A DNA stretch of 64,000 nt from the human T2T-CHM13v2.0 reference genome, Homo sapiens. The DNA lies in assembly GCF_009914755.1 (NCBI RefSeq), contig NC_060942.1; one strand, given 5' to 3'. The position numbers and the translations under genes were made by a program. Below, piece after piece: positions 11,001 through 26,300 of the stretch. Within the stretch, counting starts at the first letter, position 1. Each line of letters opens with the position of its first letter. The notes below the pieces were generated by a model. That model was given only the letters and a program-made list of their open reading frames with translations, made no database searches and was not told the origin of the DNA.

Positions 11001-14000
11001 TTCGTTGGAAACGGGATTGTCTTCAGAGAAAATCTAGACAGAAGCATTCTCAGAAACTTCTTTGGGATGCTTGCATTCAAGTCACAGAGTAGAACATTCC
11101 CTTTGGTAGAGCAGGTTTGAAACACTCTTTTTGTAGTATCTGGAAGTGGACATTTGGAGCGCTTTCAGGCCTACGTTGGAAAAGGAAATATCTTCCCATA
11201 ACAACTAGACAGAAGCATTCTCAGAAACTAGTTTCTGATGTGTGTCCTCAACTAACACAGTTGAACATTTCTTTAGACAGAACAGTTTTGAAACACTCTT
11301 TTTGTGGAATCTGCAAGTGGCTATTTGGCTAGATTTGAGGATTTCGTTGGAAACGGGATTACATATAAAAAGCAGTCAGCGGCATTCTCAGAAAGTTCTT
11401 TGTGATGATTGCATTCAAGTCACAGAATTGAACATTCCCTTTCACAGAGCAGGTTTGAAACACTCTTTTTGTAGTGTGTGTAAGTGGACATTTGGAGCAC
11501 TTACCGGCCTAAGGTGAAAAAGGAAATATCTTCCCATAAAAACTAGACAGAAGCATTCTCAGAAACTTACTCGTGATGTGTGTCCTCAACTAAAGGAGTA
11601 GAACCTTTCTTTTCATAGAGAAGTTTTGAAACGCTCTTTTTGTGGAATCTGCAAGTGGATATTTGGCTAGTTTTGAGGATTTCGTTGGAAGCGGGAATTC
11701 ATACAAATTGCAGACTGCAGCGTTCTGAGAAACATCTTTGTGATGTTTGTATTCAGGACACAGAGTTGAACATTCCCTATCATAGAGCAGGTTTGAATCA
11801 CTCCTTTTGTAGTATCTGGAAGTGGACATTTGGAGCGCTTTCAGGCCTATGTTGGAAAAGGAAATATCTTCCCATAACAACTAGACAGAAGCATTCTCAG
11901 AAACTTATTTGAGATGTGTGTACTCAACTAAGAGAATTGAACCACCGTTTTGAAGGAGCAGTTTTGAAACTCTCTTTTTCTGGAATCTGCAAGTGGATAT
12001 TTGGCTAGCTTTGGGGATTTCGCTGGAAGCGGGAATACATATAAAAAGCACACAGCAGCGTTCTGAGAAACTGCTTTCTGATGTTTGCATTCAAGTCAAA
12101 AGTTGAACACTCCCTTTCATAGAGCAGTCCTGAAACACCCCTTTTGTAGTATCTGGAACTGGACTTTTGGAGCGATTTCAGGGCTAAGGTGAAAAAGGAA
12201 ATATCTTCCCATAAAAACTGGACAGAAGCATTCTCAGAAACTTGTTTATGCTGTATCTACTCAACTAACAAAGTTGAACCTTTCTTTTGATAGAGCAGTT
12301 TTGAAATGGTCTTTTTGTGGAATCTGCAAGTGGATATTTGGCTAGTTTTGAGGATTTCGTTGGAAGCGGGAATTCATACAAATTGCAGACTGCAGCGTTC
12401 TGAGAAACATCTTTGTGATGTTTGTATTCAGGACACAGAGTTGAACATTCCCTATCATAGAGCAGGTTGGAATCACTCCTTTTGTAGTATCTGGAAGTGG
12501 ACATTTGGAGCGCTTTCAGGCCTATTTTGGAAAGGGAAATATCTTCCCGTAACAACTATGCAGAAGCATTCTCAGAAACTTGTTTGTGATGTGTGCCCTC
12601 TACTGACAGAGTTGAACCTTTCTTTTCATAGAGCAGTTTTGAAACACTCTTTTTGTAGAATCTGCAAGAGGATATTTGCATAGCTTTGAGGATTTCGTGG
12701 GAAACGGGATTGTCTTCAGGTAAAATCTAGACAGAAGCATTCTCAGAAACTTCTTTGGGATGTTTGCATTCAAGTCACAGAGTAGAACATTCCCTTTGGT
12801 AGAGCAGGTTTGAAACACTCTTTTTGTAGTATCTGGAAGTGGACATTTGGAGCGCTTTCAGGCCCATGTTGGAAAGGGAAATATCTTCCCGTAACAACTA
12901 GGCAGAAGCATTCTCAGAAACTTATTTGAGATGTGTGTACTCAACTAAGAGAATTGAACCACCGTTTTGAAGGAGCAGTTTTGAAACACTCTTTTTCTGG
13001 AATCTGCAAGAGTATATTTGCCTAGCCTTGAGGATTTCGTTGGAAACGGGATTGTCTTCAGAGAAAATCTAGACAGAAGCATTCTCAGAAACTTCTTTGG
13101 GATGCTTGCATTCAAGTCACAGAGTAGAACATTCCCTTTGGTAGAGCAGGTTTGAAACACTCTTTTTGTAGTATCTGGAAGTGGACATTTGGAGCGCTTT
13201 CAGGCCTACGTTGGAAAAGGAAATATCTTCCCATAACAACTAGACAGAAGCATTCTCAGAAACTAGTTTCTGATGTGTGTCCTCAACTAACACAGTTGAA
13301 CATTTCTTTAGACAGAACAGTTTTGAAACACTCTTTTTGTGGAATCTGCAAGTGGCTATTTGGCTAGATTTGAGGATTTCGTTGGAAACGGGATTACATA
13401 TAAAAAGCAGTCAGCGGCATTCTCAGAAAGTTCTTTGTGATGATTGCATTCAAGTCACAGAATTGAACATTCCCTTTCACAGAGCAGGTTTGAAACACTC
13501 TTTTTGTAGTGTGTGTAAGTGGACATTTGGAGCACTTACCGGCCTAAGGTGAAAAAGGAAATATCTTCCCATAAAAACTAGACAGAAGCATTCTCAGAAA
13601 CTTACTCGTGATGTGTGTCCTCAACTAAAGGAGTAGAACCTTTCTTTTCATAGAGAAGTTTTGAAACGCTCTTTTTGTGGAATCTGCAAGTGGATATTTG
13701 GCTAGTTTTGAGGATTTCGTTGGAAGCGGGAATTCATACAAATTGCAGACTGCAGCGTTCTGAGAAACATCTTTGTGATGTTTGTATTCAGGACACAGAG
13801 TTGAACATTCCCTATCATAGAGCAGGTTTGAATCACTCCTTTTGTAGTATCTGGAAGTGGACATTTGGAGCGCTTTCAGGCCTATGTTGGAAAAGGAAAT
13901 ATCTTCCCATAACAACTAGACAGAAGCATTCTCAGAAACTTATTTGAGATGTGTGTACTCAACTAAGAGAATTGAACCACCGTTTTGAAGGAGCAGTTTT

Positions 14001-17000
14001 GAAACTCTCTTTTTCTGGAATCTGCAAGTGGATATTTGGCTAGCTTTGGGGATTTCGCTGGAAGCGGGAATACATATAAAAAGCACACAGCAGCGTTCTG
14101 AGAAACTGCTTTCTGATGTTTGCATTCAAGTCAAAAGTTGAACACTCCCTTTCATAGAGCAGTCCTGAAACACCCCTTTTGTAGTATCTGGAACTGGACT
14201 TTTGGAGCGATTTCAGGGCTAAGGTGAAAAAGGAAATATCTTCCCATAAAAACTGGACAGAAGCATTCTCAGAAACTTGTTTATGCTGTATCTACTCAAC
14301 TAACAAAGTTGAACCTTTCTTTTGATAGAGCAGTTTTGAAATGGTCTTTTTGTGGAATCTGCAAGTGGATATTTGGCTAGTTTTGAGGATTTCGTTGGAA
14401 GCGGGAATTCATACAAATTGCAGACTGCAGCGTTCTGAGAAACATCTTTGTGATGTTTGTATTCAGGACACAGAGTTGAACATTCCCTATCATAGAGCAG
14501 GTTGGAATCACTCCTTTTGTAGTATCTGGAAGTGGACATTTGGAGCGCTTTCAGGCCTATTTTGGAAAGGGAAATATCTTCCCGTAACAACTATGCAGAA
14601 GCATTCTCAGAAACTTGTTTGTGATGTGTGCCCTCTACTGACAGAGTTGAACCTTTCTTTTCATAGAGCAGTTTTGAAACACTCTTTTTGTAGAATCTGC
14701 AAGAGGATATTTGCATAGCTTTGAGGATTTCGTGGGAAACGGGATTGTCTTCAGGTAAAATCTAGACAGAAGCATTCTCAGAAACTTCTTTGGGATGTTT
14801 GCATTCAAGTCACAGAGTAGAACATTCCCTTTGGTAGAGCAGGTTTGAAACACTCTTTTTGTAGTATCTGGAAGTGGACATTTGGAGCGCTTTCAGGCCC
14901 ATGTTGGAAAGGGAAATATCTTCCCGTAACAACTAGGCAGAAGCATTCTCAGAAACTTATTTGAGATGTGTGTACTCAACTAAGAGAATTGAACCACCGT
15001 TTTGAAGGAGCAGTTTTGAAACACTCTTTTTCTGGAATCTGCAAGAGTATATTTGCCTAGCCTTGAGGATTTCGTTGGAAACGGGATTGTCTTCAGAGAA
15101 AATCTAGACAGAAGCATTCTCAGAAACTTCTTTGGGATGCTTGCATTCAAGTCACAGAGTAGAACATTCCCTTTGGTAGAGCAGGTTTGAAACACTCTTT
15201 TTTTAGTATCTGGAAGTGGACATTTGGAGCGCTTTCAGGCCTACGTTGGAAAAGGAAATATCTTCCCATAACAACTAGACAGAAGCATTCTCAGAAACTA
15301 GTTTCTGATGTGTGTCCTCAACTAACACAGTTGAACATTTCTTTAGACAGAACAGTTTTGAAACACTCTTTTTGTGGAATCTGCAAGTGGCTATTTGGCT
15401 AGATTTGAGGATTTCGTTGGAAACGGGATTACATATAAAAAGCAGTCAGCGGCATTCTCAGAAAGTTCTTTGTGATGATTGCATTCAAGTCACAGAATTG
15501 AACATTCCCTTTCACAGAGCAGGTTTGAAACACTCTTTTTGTAGTGTGTGTAAGTGGACATTTGGAGCACTTACCGGCCTAAGGTGAAAAAGGAAATATC
15601 TTCCCATAAAAACTAGACAGAAGCATTCTCAGAAACTTACTCGTGATGTGTGTCCTCAACTAAAGGAGTAGAACCTTTCTTTTCATAGAGAAGTTTTGAA
15701 ACGCTCTTTTTGTGGAATCTGCAAGTGGATATTTGGCTAGTTTTGAGGATTTCGTTGGAAGCGGGAATTCATACAAATTGCAGACTGCAGCGTTCTGAGA
15801 AACATCTTTGTGATGTTTGTATTCAGGACACAGAGTTGAACATTCCCTATCATAGAGCAGGTTTGAATCACTCCTTTTGTAGTATCTGGAAGTGGACATT
15901 TGGAGCGCTTTCAGGCCTATGTTGGAAAAGGAAATATCTTCCCATAACAACTAGACAGAAGCATTCTCAGAAACTTATTTGAGATGTGTGTACTCAACTA
16001 AGAGAATTGAACCACCGTTTTGAAGGAGCAGTTTTGAAACTCTCTTTTTCTGGAATCTGCAAGTGGATATTTGGCTAGCTTTGGGGATTTCGCTGGAAGC
16101 GGGAATACATATAAAAAGCACACAGCAGCGTTCTGAGAAACTGCTTTCTGATGTTTGCATTCAAGTCAAAAGTTGAACACTCCCTTTCATAGAGCAGTCC
16201 TGAAACACCCCTTTTGTAGTATCTGGAACTGGACTTTTGGAGCGATTTCAGGGCTAAGGTGAAAAAGGAAATATCTTCCCATAAAAACTGGACAGAAGCA
16301 TTCTCAGAAACTTGTTTATGCTGTATCTACTCAACTAACAAAGTTGAACCTTTCTTTTGATAGAGCAGTTTTGAAATGGTCTTTTTGTGGAATCTGCAAG
16401 TGGATATTTGGCTAGTTTTGAGGATTTCGTTGGAAGCGGGAATTCATACAAATTGCAGACTGCAGCGTTCTGAGAAACATCTTTGTGATGTTTGTATTCA
16501 GGACACAGAGTTGAACATTCCCTATCATAGAGCAGGTTGGAATCACTCCTTTTGTAGTATCTGGAAGTGGACATTTGGAGCGCTTTCAGGCCTATTTTGG
16601 AAAGGGAAATATCTTCCCGTAACAACTATGCAGAAGCATTCTCAGAAACTTGTTTGTGATGTGTGCCCTCTACTGACAGAGTTGAACCTTTCTTTTCATA
16701 GAGCAGTTTTGAAACACTCTTTTTGTAGAATCTGCAAGAGGATATTTGCATAGCTTTGAGGATTTCGTGGGAAACGGGATTGTCTTCAGGTAAAATCTAG
16801 ACAGAAGCATTCTCAGAAACTTCTTTGGGATGTTTGCATTCAAGTCACAGAGTAGAACATTCCCTTTGGTAGAGCAGGTTTGAAACACTCTTTTTGTAGT
16901 ATCTGGAAGTGGACATTTGGAGCGCTTTCAGGCCCATGTTGGAAAGGGAAATATCTTCCCGTAACAACTAGGCAGAAGCATTCTCAGAAACTTATTTGAG

Positions 17001-20000
17001 ATGTGTGTACTCAACTAAGAGAATTGAACCACCGTTTTGAAGGAGCAGTTTTGAAACACTCTTTTTCTGGAATCTGCAAGAGTATATTTGCCTAGCCTTG
17101 AGGATTTCGTTGGAAACGGGATTGTCTTCAGAGAAAATCTAGACAGAAGCATTCTCAGAAACTTCTTTGGGATGCTTGCATTCAAGTCACAGAGTAGAAC
17201 ATTCCCTTTGGTAGAGCAGGTTTGAAACACTCTTTTTGTAGTATCTGGAAGTGGACATTTGGAGCGCTTTCAGGCCTACGTTGGAAAAGGAAATATCTTC
17301 CCATAACAACTAGACAGAAGCATTCTCAGAAACTAGTTTCTGATGTGTGTCCTCAACTAACACAGTTGAACATTTCTTTAGACAGAACAGTTTTGAAACA
17401 CTCTTTTTGTGGAATCTGCAAGTGGCTATTTGGCTAGATTTGAGGATTTCGTTGGAAACGGGATTACATATAAAAAGCAGTCAGCGGCATTCTCAGAAAG
17501 TTCTTTGTGATGATTGCATTCAAGTCACAGAATTGAACATTCCCTTTCACAGAGCAGGTTTGAAACACTCTTTTTGTAGTGTGTGTAAGTGGACATTTGG
17601 AGCACTTACCGGCCTAAGGTGAAAAAGGAAATATCTTCCCATAAAAACTAGACAGAAGCATTCTCAGAAACTTACTCGTGATGTGTGTCCTCAACTAAAG
17701 GAGTAGAACCTTTCTTTTCATAGAGAAGTTTTGAAACGCTCTTTTTGTGGAATCTGCAAGTGGATATTTGGCTAGTTTTGAGGATTTCGTTGGAAGCGGG
17801 AATTCATACAAATTGCAGACTGCAGCGTTCTGAGAAACATCTTTGTGATGTTTGTATTCAGGACACAGAGTTGAACATTCCCTATCATAGAGCAGGTTTG
17901 AATCACTCCTTTTGTAGTATCTGGAAGTGGACATTTGGAGCGCTTTCAGGCCTATGTTGGAAAAGGAAATATCTTCCCATAACAACTAGACAGAAGCATT
18001 CTCAGAAACTTATTTGAGATGTGTGTACTCAACTAAGAGAATTGAACCACCGTTTTGAAGGAGCAGTTTTGAAACTCTCTTTTTCTGGAATCTGCAAGTG
18101 GATATTTGGCTAGCTTTGGGGATTTCGCTGGAAGCGGGAATACATATAAAAAGCACACAGCAGCGTTCTGAGAAACTGCTTTCTGATGTTTGCATTCAAG
18201 TCAAAAGTTGAACACTCCCTTTCATAGAGCAGTCCTGAAACACCCCTTTTGTAGTATCTGGAACTGGACTTTTGGAGCGATTTCAGGGCTAAGGTGAAAA
18301 AGGAAATATCTTCCCATAAAAACTGGACAGAAGCATTCTCAGAAACTTGTTTATGCTGTATCTACTCAACTAACAAAGTTGAACCTTTCTTTTGATAGAG
18401 CAGTTTTGAAATGGTCTTTTTGTGGAATCTGCAAGTGGATATTTGGCTAGTTTTGAGGATTTCGTTGGAAGCGGGAATTCATACAAATTGCAGACTGCAG
18501 CGTTCTGAGAAACATCTTTGTGATGTTTGTATTCAGGACACAGAGTTGAACATTCCCTATCATAGAGCAGGTTGGAATCACTCCTTTTGTAGTATCTGGA
18601 AGTGGACATTTGGAGCGCTTTCAGGCCTATTTTGGAAAGGGAAATATCTTCCCGTAACAACTATGCAGAAGCATTCTCAGAAACTTGTTTGTGATGTGTG
18701 CCCTCTACTGACAGAGTTGAACCTTTCTTTTCATAGAGCAGTTTTGAAACACTCTTTTTGTAGAATCTGCAAGAGGATATTTGCATAGCTTTGAGGATTT
18801 CGTGGGAAACGGGATTGTCTTCAGGTAAAATCTAGACAGAAGCATTCTCAGAAACTTCTTTGGGATGTTTGCATTCAAGTCACAGAGTAGAACATTCCCT
18901 TTGGTAGAGCAGGTTTGAAACACTCTTTTTGTAGTATCTGGAAGTGGACATTTGGAGCGCTTTCAGGCCCATGTTGGAAAGGGAAATATCTTCCCGTAAC
19001 AACTAGGCAGAAGCATTCTCAGAAACTTATTTGAGATGTGTGTACTCAACTAAGAGAATTGAACCACCGTTTTGAAGGAGCAGTTTTGAAACACTCTTTT
19101 TCTGGAATCTGCAAGAGTATATTTGCCTAGCCTTGAGGATTTCGTTGGAAACGGGATTGTCTTCAGAGAAAATCTAGACAGAAGCATTCTCAGAAACTTC
19201 TTTGGGATGCTTGCATTCAAGTCACAGAGTAGAACATTCCCTTTGGTAGAGCAGGTTTGAAACACTCTTTTTGTAGTATCTGGAAGTGGACATTTGGAGC
19301 GCTTTCAGGCCTACGTTGGAAAAGGAAATATCTTCCCATAACAACTAGACAGAAGCATTCTCAGAAACTAGTTTCTGATGTGTGTCCTCAACTAACACAG
19401 TTGAACATTTCTTTAGACAGAACAGTTTTGAAACACTCTTTTTGTGGAATCTGCAAGTGGCTATTTGGCTAGATTTGAGGATTTCGTTGGAAACGGGATT
19501 ACATATAAAAAGCAGTCAGCAGCATTCTCAGAAAGTTCTTTGTGATGATTGCATTCAAGTCACAGAATTGAACATTCCCTTTCACAGAGCAGGTTTGAAA
19601 CACTCTTTTTGTAGTGTGTGTAAGTGGACATTTGGAGCACTTACCGGCCTAAGGTGAAAAAGGAAATAATCTTCCCATAAAAACTAGACAGAAGCATTCT
19701 CAGAAACTTACTCGTGATGTGTGTCCTCAACTAAAGGAGTAGAACCTTTCTTTTCATAGAGAAGTTTTGAAACGCTCTTTTTGTGGAATCTGCAAGTGGA
19801 TATTTGGCTAGTTTTGAGGATTTCGTTGGAAGCGGGAATTCATACAAATTGCAGACTGCAGCGTTCTGAGAAACATCTTTGTGATGTTTGTATTCAGGAC
19901 ACAGAGTTGAACATTCCCTATCATAGAGCAGGTTTGAATCACTCCTTTTGTAGTATCTGGAAGTGGACATTTGGAGCGCTTTCAGGCCTATGTTGGAAAA

Positions 20001-20351
20001 GGAAATATCTTCCCATAACAACTAGACAGAAGCATTCTCAGAAACTTATTTGAGATGTGTGTACTCAACTAAGAGAATTGAACCACCGTTTTGAAGGAGC
20101 AGTTTTGAAACTCTCTTTTTCTGGAATCTGCAAGTGGATATTTGGCTAGCTTTGGGGATTTCGCTGGAAGCGGGAATACATATAAAAAGCACACAGCAGC
20201 GTTCTGAGAAACTGCTTTCTGATGTTTGCATTCAAGTCAAAAGTTGAACACTCCCTTTCATAGAGCAGTCCTGAAACACCCCTTTTGTAGTATCTGGAAC
20301 TGGACTTTTGGAGCGATTTCAGGGCTAAGGTGAAAAAGGAAATATCTTCCC

Positions 20352-23300
20352 ATAAAAACTGGACAGAAGCATTCTCAGAAACTTGTTTATGCTGTATCTA
20401 CTCAACTAACAAAGTTGAACCTTTCTTTTGATAGAGCAGTTTTGAAATGGTCTTTTTGTGGAATCTGCAAGTGGATATTTGGCTAGTTTTGAGGATTTCG
20501 TTGGAAGCGGGAATTCATACAAATTGCAGACTGCAGCGTTCTGAGAAACATCTTTGTGATGTTTGTATTCAGGACACAGAGTTGAACATTCCCTATCATA
20601 GAGCAGGTTGGAATCACTCCTTTTGTAGTATCTGGAAGTGGACATTTGGAGCGCTTTCAGGCCTATTTTGGAAAGGGAAATATCTTCCCGTAACAACTAT
20701 GCAGAAGCATTCTCAGAAACTTGTTTGTGATGTTGTGCCCTCTACTGACAGAGTTGAACCTTTCTTTTCATAGAGCAGTTTTGAAACACACTTTTTGTAG
20801 AATCTGCAAGAGGATATTTGCATAGCTTTGAGGATTTCGTGGGAAACGGGATTGTCTTCAGGTAAAATCTAGACAGAAGCATTCTCAGAAACTTCTTTGG
20901 GATGTTTGCATTCAAGTCACAGAGTAGAACATTCCCTTTGGTAGAGCAGGTTTGAAACACTCTTTTTGTAGTATCTGGAAGTGGACATTTGGAGCGCTTT
21001 CAGGCCCATGTTGGAAAGGGAAATATCTTCCCGTAACAACTAGGCAGAAGCATTCTCAGAAACTTATTTGAGATGTGTGTACTCAACTAAGAGAATTGAA
21101 CCACCGTTTTGAAGGAGCAGTTTTGAAACACTCTTTTTCTGGAATCTGCAAGAGGATATTTGCCTAGCCTTGAGGATTTCGTTGGAAACGGGATTGTCTT
21201 CAGAGAAAATCTAGACAGAAGCATTCTCAGAAACTTCTTTGGGATGCTTGCATTCAAGTCACAGAGTAGAACATTCCCTTTGGTAGAGCAGGTTTGAAAC
21301 ACTCTTTTCGTAGTATCTGGAAGTGGACATTTGGAGCGCTTTCAGGCCTACGTTGGAAAAGGAAATATCTTCCCATAACAACTAGACAGAAGCATTCTCA
21401 GAAACTAGTTTCTGATGTGTGTCCTCAACTAACACAGTTGAACATTTCTTTAGACAGAACAGTTTTGAAACACTCTTTTTGTGGAATCTGCAAGTGGCTA
21501 TTTGGCTAGATTTGAGGATTTCGTTGGAAACGGGATTACATATAAAAAGCAGTCAGCAGCATTCTCAGAAAGTTCTTTGTGATGATTGCATTCAAGTCAC
21601 AGAATTGAACATTCCCTTTCACAGAGCAGGTTTGAAACACTCTTTTTGTAGTGTGTGTAAGTGGACATTTGGAGCACTTACCGGCCTAAGGTGAAAAAGG
21701 AAATAATCTTCCCATAAAAACTAGACAGAAGCATTCTCAGAAACTTACTCGTGATGTGTGTCCTCAACTAAAGGAGTAGAACCTTTCTTTTCATAGAGAA
21801 GTTTTGAAACGCTCTTTTTGTGGAATCTGCAAGTGGATATTTGGCTAGTTTTGAGGATTTCGTTGGAAGCGGGAATTCATACAAATTGCAGACTGCAGCG
21901 TTCTGAGAAACATCTTTGTGATGTTTGTATTCAGGACACAGAGTTGAACATTCCCTATCATAGAGCAGGTTGGAATCACTCCTTTTGTAGTATCTGGAAG
22001 TGGACATTTGGAGCGCTTTCAGGCCTATGTTGGAAAAGGAAATATCTTCCCATAACAACTAGACAGAAGCATTCTCAGAAACTTATTTGAGATGTGTGTA
22101 CTCAACTAAGAGAATTGAACCACCGTTTTGAAGGAGCAGTTTTGAAACTCTCTTTTTCTGGAATCTGCAAGTGGATATTTGGCTAGCTTTGGGGATTTCG
22201 CTGGAAGCGGGAATACATATAAAAAGCACACAGCAGCGTTCTGAGAAACTGCTTTCTGATGTTTGCATTCAAGTCAAAAGTTGAACACTCCCTTTCATAG
22301 AGCAGTCCTGAAACACCCCTTTTGTAGTATCTGGAACTGGACTTTTGGAGCGATTTCAGGGCTAAGGTGAAAAAGGAAATATCTTCCCATAAAAACTGGA
22401 CAGAAGCATTCTCAGAAACTTGTTTATGCTGTATCTACTCAACTAACAAAGTTGAACCTTTCTTTTGATAGAGCAGTTTTGAAATGGTCTTTTTGTGGAA
22501 TCTGCAAGTGGATATTTGGCTAGTTTTGAGGATTTCGTTGGAAGCGGGAATTCATACAAATTGCAGACTGCAGCGTTCTGAGAAACATCTTTGTGATGTT
22601 TGTATTCAGGACACAGAGTTGAACATTCCCTATCATAGAGCAGGTTGGAATCACTCCTTTTGTAGTATCTGGAAGTGGACATTTGGAGCGCTTTCAGGCC
22701 TATTTTGGAAAGGGAAATATCTTCCCGTAACAACTATGCAGAAGCATTCTCAGAAACTTGTTTGTGATGTTGTGCCCTCTACTGACAGAGTTGAACCTTT
22801 CTTTTCATAGAGCAGTTTTGAAACACTCTTTTTGTAGAATCTGCAAGAGGATATTTGCATAGCTTTGAGGATTTCGTGGGAAACGGGATTGTCTTCAGGT
22901 AAAATCTAGACAGAAGCATTCTCAGAAACTTCTTTGGGATGTTTGCATTCAAGTCACAGAGTAGAACATTCCCTTTGGTAGAGCAGGTTTGAAACACTCT
23001 TTTTGTAGTATCTGGAAGTGGACATTTGGAGCGCTTTCAGGCCCATGTTGGAAAGGGAAATATCTTCCCGTAACAACTAGGCAGAAGCATTCTCAGAAAC
23101 TTATTTGAGATGTGTGTACTCAACTAAGAGAATTGAACCACCGTTTTGAAGGAGCAGTTTTGAAACACTCTTTTTCTGGAATCTGCAAGAGGATATTTGC
23201 CTAGCCTTGAGGATTTCGTTGGAAACGGGATTGTCTTCAGAGAAAATCTAGACAGAAGCATTCTCAGAAACTTCTTTGGGATGCTTGCATTCAAGTCACA

Positions 23301-26300
23301 GAGTAGAACATTCCCTTTGGTAGAGCAGGTTTGAAACACTCTTTTTGTAGTATCTGGAAGTGGACATTTGGAGCGCTTTCAGGCCTACGTTGGAAAAGGA
23401 AATATCTTCCCATAACAACTAGACAGAAGCATTCTCAGAAACTAGTTTCTGATGTGTGTCCTCAACTAACACAGTTGAACATTTCTTTAGACAGAACAGT
23501 TTTGAAACACTCTTTTTGTGGAATCTGCAAGTGGCTATTTGGCTAGATTTGAGGATTTCGTTGGAAACGGGATTACATATAAAAAGCAGTCAGCAGCATT
23601 CTCAGAAAGTTCTTTGTGATGATTGCATTCAAGTCACAGAATTGAACATTCCCTTTCACAGAGCAGGTTTGAAACACTCTTTTTGTAGTGTGTGTAAGTG
23701 GACATTTGGAGCACTTACCGGCCTAAGGTGAAAAAGGAAATAATCTTCCCATAAAAACTAGACAGAAGCATTCTCAGAAACTTACTCGTGATGTGTGTCC
23801 TCAACTAAAGGAGTAGAACCTTTCTTTTCATAGAGAAGTTTTGAAACGCTCTTTTTGTGGAATCTGCAAGTGGATATTTGGCTAGTTTTGAGGATTTCGT
23901 TGGAAGCGGGAATTCATACAAATTGCAGACTGCAGCGTTCTGAGAAACATCTTTGTGATGTTTGTATTCAGGACACAGAGTTGAACATTCCCTATCATAG
24001 AGCAGGTTGGAATCACTCCTTTTGTAGTATCTGGAAGTGGACATTTGGAGCGCTTTCAGGCCTATGTTGGAAAAGGAAATATCTTCCCATAACAACTAGA
24101 CAGAAGCATTCTCAGAAACTTATTTGAGATGTGTGTACTCAACTAAGAGAATTGAACCACCGTTTTGAAGGAGCAGTTTTGAAACTCTCTTTTTCTGGAA
24201 TCTGCAAGTGGATATTTGGCTAGCTTTGGGGATTTCGCTGGAAGCGGGAATACATATAAAAAGCACACAGCAGCGTTCTGAGAAACTGCTTTCTGATGTT
24301 TGCATTCAAGTCAAAAGTTGAACACTCCCTTTCATAGAGCAGTCCTGAAACACCCCTTTGGTAGTATCTGGAACTGGACTTTTGGAGCGATTTCAGGGCT
24401 AAGGTGAAAAAGGAAATATCTTCCCATAAAAACTGGACAGAAGCATTCTCAGAAACTTGTTTATGCTGTATCTACTCAACTAACAAAGTTGAACCTTTCT
24501 TTTGATAGAGCAGTTTTGAAATGGTCTTTTTGTGGAATCTGCAAGTGGATATTTGGCTAGTTTTGAGGATTTCGTTGGAAGCGGGAATTCATACAAATTG
24601 CAGACTGCAGCGTTCTGAGAAACATCTTTGTGATGTTTGTATTCAGGACACAGAGTTGAACATTCCCTATCATAGAGCAGGTTGGAATCACTCCTTTTGT
24701 AGTATCTGGAAGTGGACATTTGGAGCGCTTTCAGGCCTATTTTGGAAAGGGAAATATCTTCCCGTAACAACTATGCAGAAGCATTCTCAGAAACTTGTTT
24801 GTGATGTTGTGCCCTCTACTGACAGAGTTGAACCTTTCTTTTCATAGAGCAGTTTTGAAACACTCTTTTTGTAGAATCTGCAAGAGGATATTTGCATAGC
24901 TTTGAGGATTTCGTGGGAAACGGGATTGTCTTCAGGTAAAATCTAGACAGAAGCATTCTCAGAAACTTCTTTGGGATGTTTGCATTCAAGTCACAGAGTA
25001 GAACATTCCCTTTGGTAGAGCAGGTTTGAAACACTCTTTTTGTAGTATCTGGAAGTGGACATTTGGAGCGCTTTCAGGCCCATGTTGGAAAGGGAAATAT
25101 CTTCCCGTAACAACTAGGCAGAAGCATTCTCAGAAACTTATTTGAGATGTGTGTACTCAACTAAGAGAATTGAACCACCGTTTTGAAGGAGCAGTTTTGA
25201 AACACTCTTTTTCTGGAATCTGCAAGAGGATATTTGCCTAGCCTTGAGGATTTCGTTGGAAACGGGATTGTCTTCAGAGAAAATCTAGACAGAAGCATTC
25301 TCAGAAACTTCTTTGGGATGCTTGCATTCAAGTCACAGAGTAGAACATTCCCTTTGGTAGAGCAGGTTTGAAACACTCTTTTTGTAGTATCTGGAAGTGG
25401 ACATTTGGAGCGCTTTCAGGCCTACGTTGGAAAAGGAAATATCTTCCCATAACAACTAGACAGAAGCATTCTCAGAAACTAGTTTCTGATGTGTGTCCTC
25501 AACTAACACAGTTGAACATTTCTTTAGACAGAACAGTTTTGAAACACTCTTTTTGTGGAATCTGCAAGTGGCTATTTGGCTAGATTTGAGGATTTCGTTG
25601 GAAACGGGATTACATATAAAAAGCAGTCAGCAGCATTCTCAGAAAGTTCTTTGTGATGATTGCATTCAAGTCACAGAATTGAACATTCCCTTTCACAGAG
25701 CAGGTTTGAAACACTCTTTTTGTAGTGTGTGTAAGTGGACATTTGGAGCACTTACCGGCCTAAGGTGAAAAAGGAAATAATCTTCCCATAAAAACTAGAC
25801 AGAAGCATTCTCAGAAACTTACTCGTGATGTGTGTCCTCAACTAAAGGAGTAGAACCTTTCTTTTCATAGAGAAGTTTTGAAACGCTCTTTTTGTGGAAT
25901 CTGCAAGTGGATATTTGGCTAGTTTTGAGGATTTCGTTGGAAGCGGGAATTCATACAAATTGCAGACTGCAGCGTTCTGAGAAACATCTTTGTGATGTTT
26001 GTATTCAGGACACAGAGTTGAACATTCCCTATCATAGAGCAGGTTTGAATCACTCCTTTTGTAGTATCTGGAAGTGGACATTTGGAGCGCTTTCAGGCCT
26101 ATGTTGGAAAAGGAAATATCTTCCCATAACAACTAGACAGAAGCATTCTCAGAAACTTATTTGAGATGTGTGTACTCAACTAAGAGAATTGAACCACCGT
26201 TTTGAAGGAGCAGTTTTGAAACTCTCTTTTTCTGGAATCTGCAAGTGGATATTTGGCTAGCTTTGGGGATTTCGCTGGAAGCGGGAATACATATAAAAAG

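Larger units (their letters stand above)
1..18315 (+). repeat. HOR haplotype block I: 9 units of 2035 bp (units numbered from position 1)
   Basis: Period exactly 2035. Units carry AGTATATTTG (offset 803 T), CAGCGGCATT (offset 1206 G) and GGAAATATCTTCCC in monomer 8, with neither 1-bp insertion. Confidence 0.9.

Noticed and set aside
9640-20790. Isolated singleton substitutions G>C 9640 and T>A 20790
   Set aside because: No pattern or shared occurrence; indistinguishable from random mutation or consensus error.
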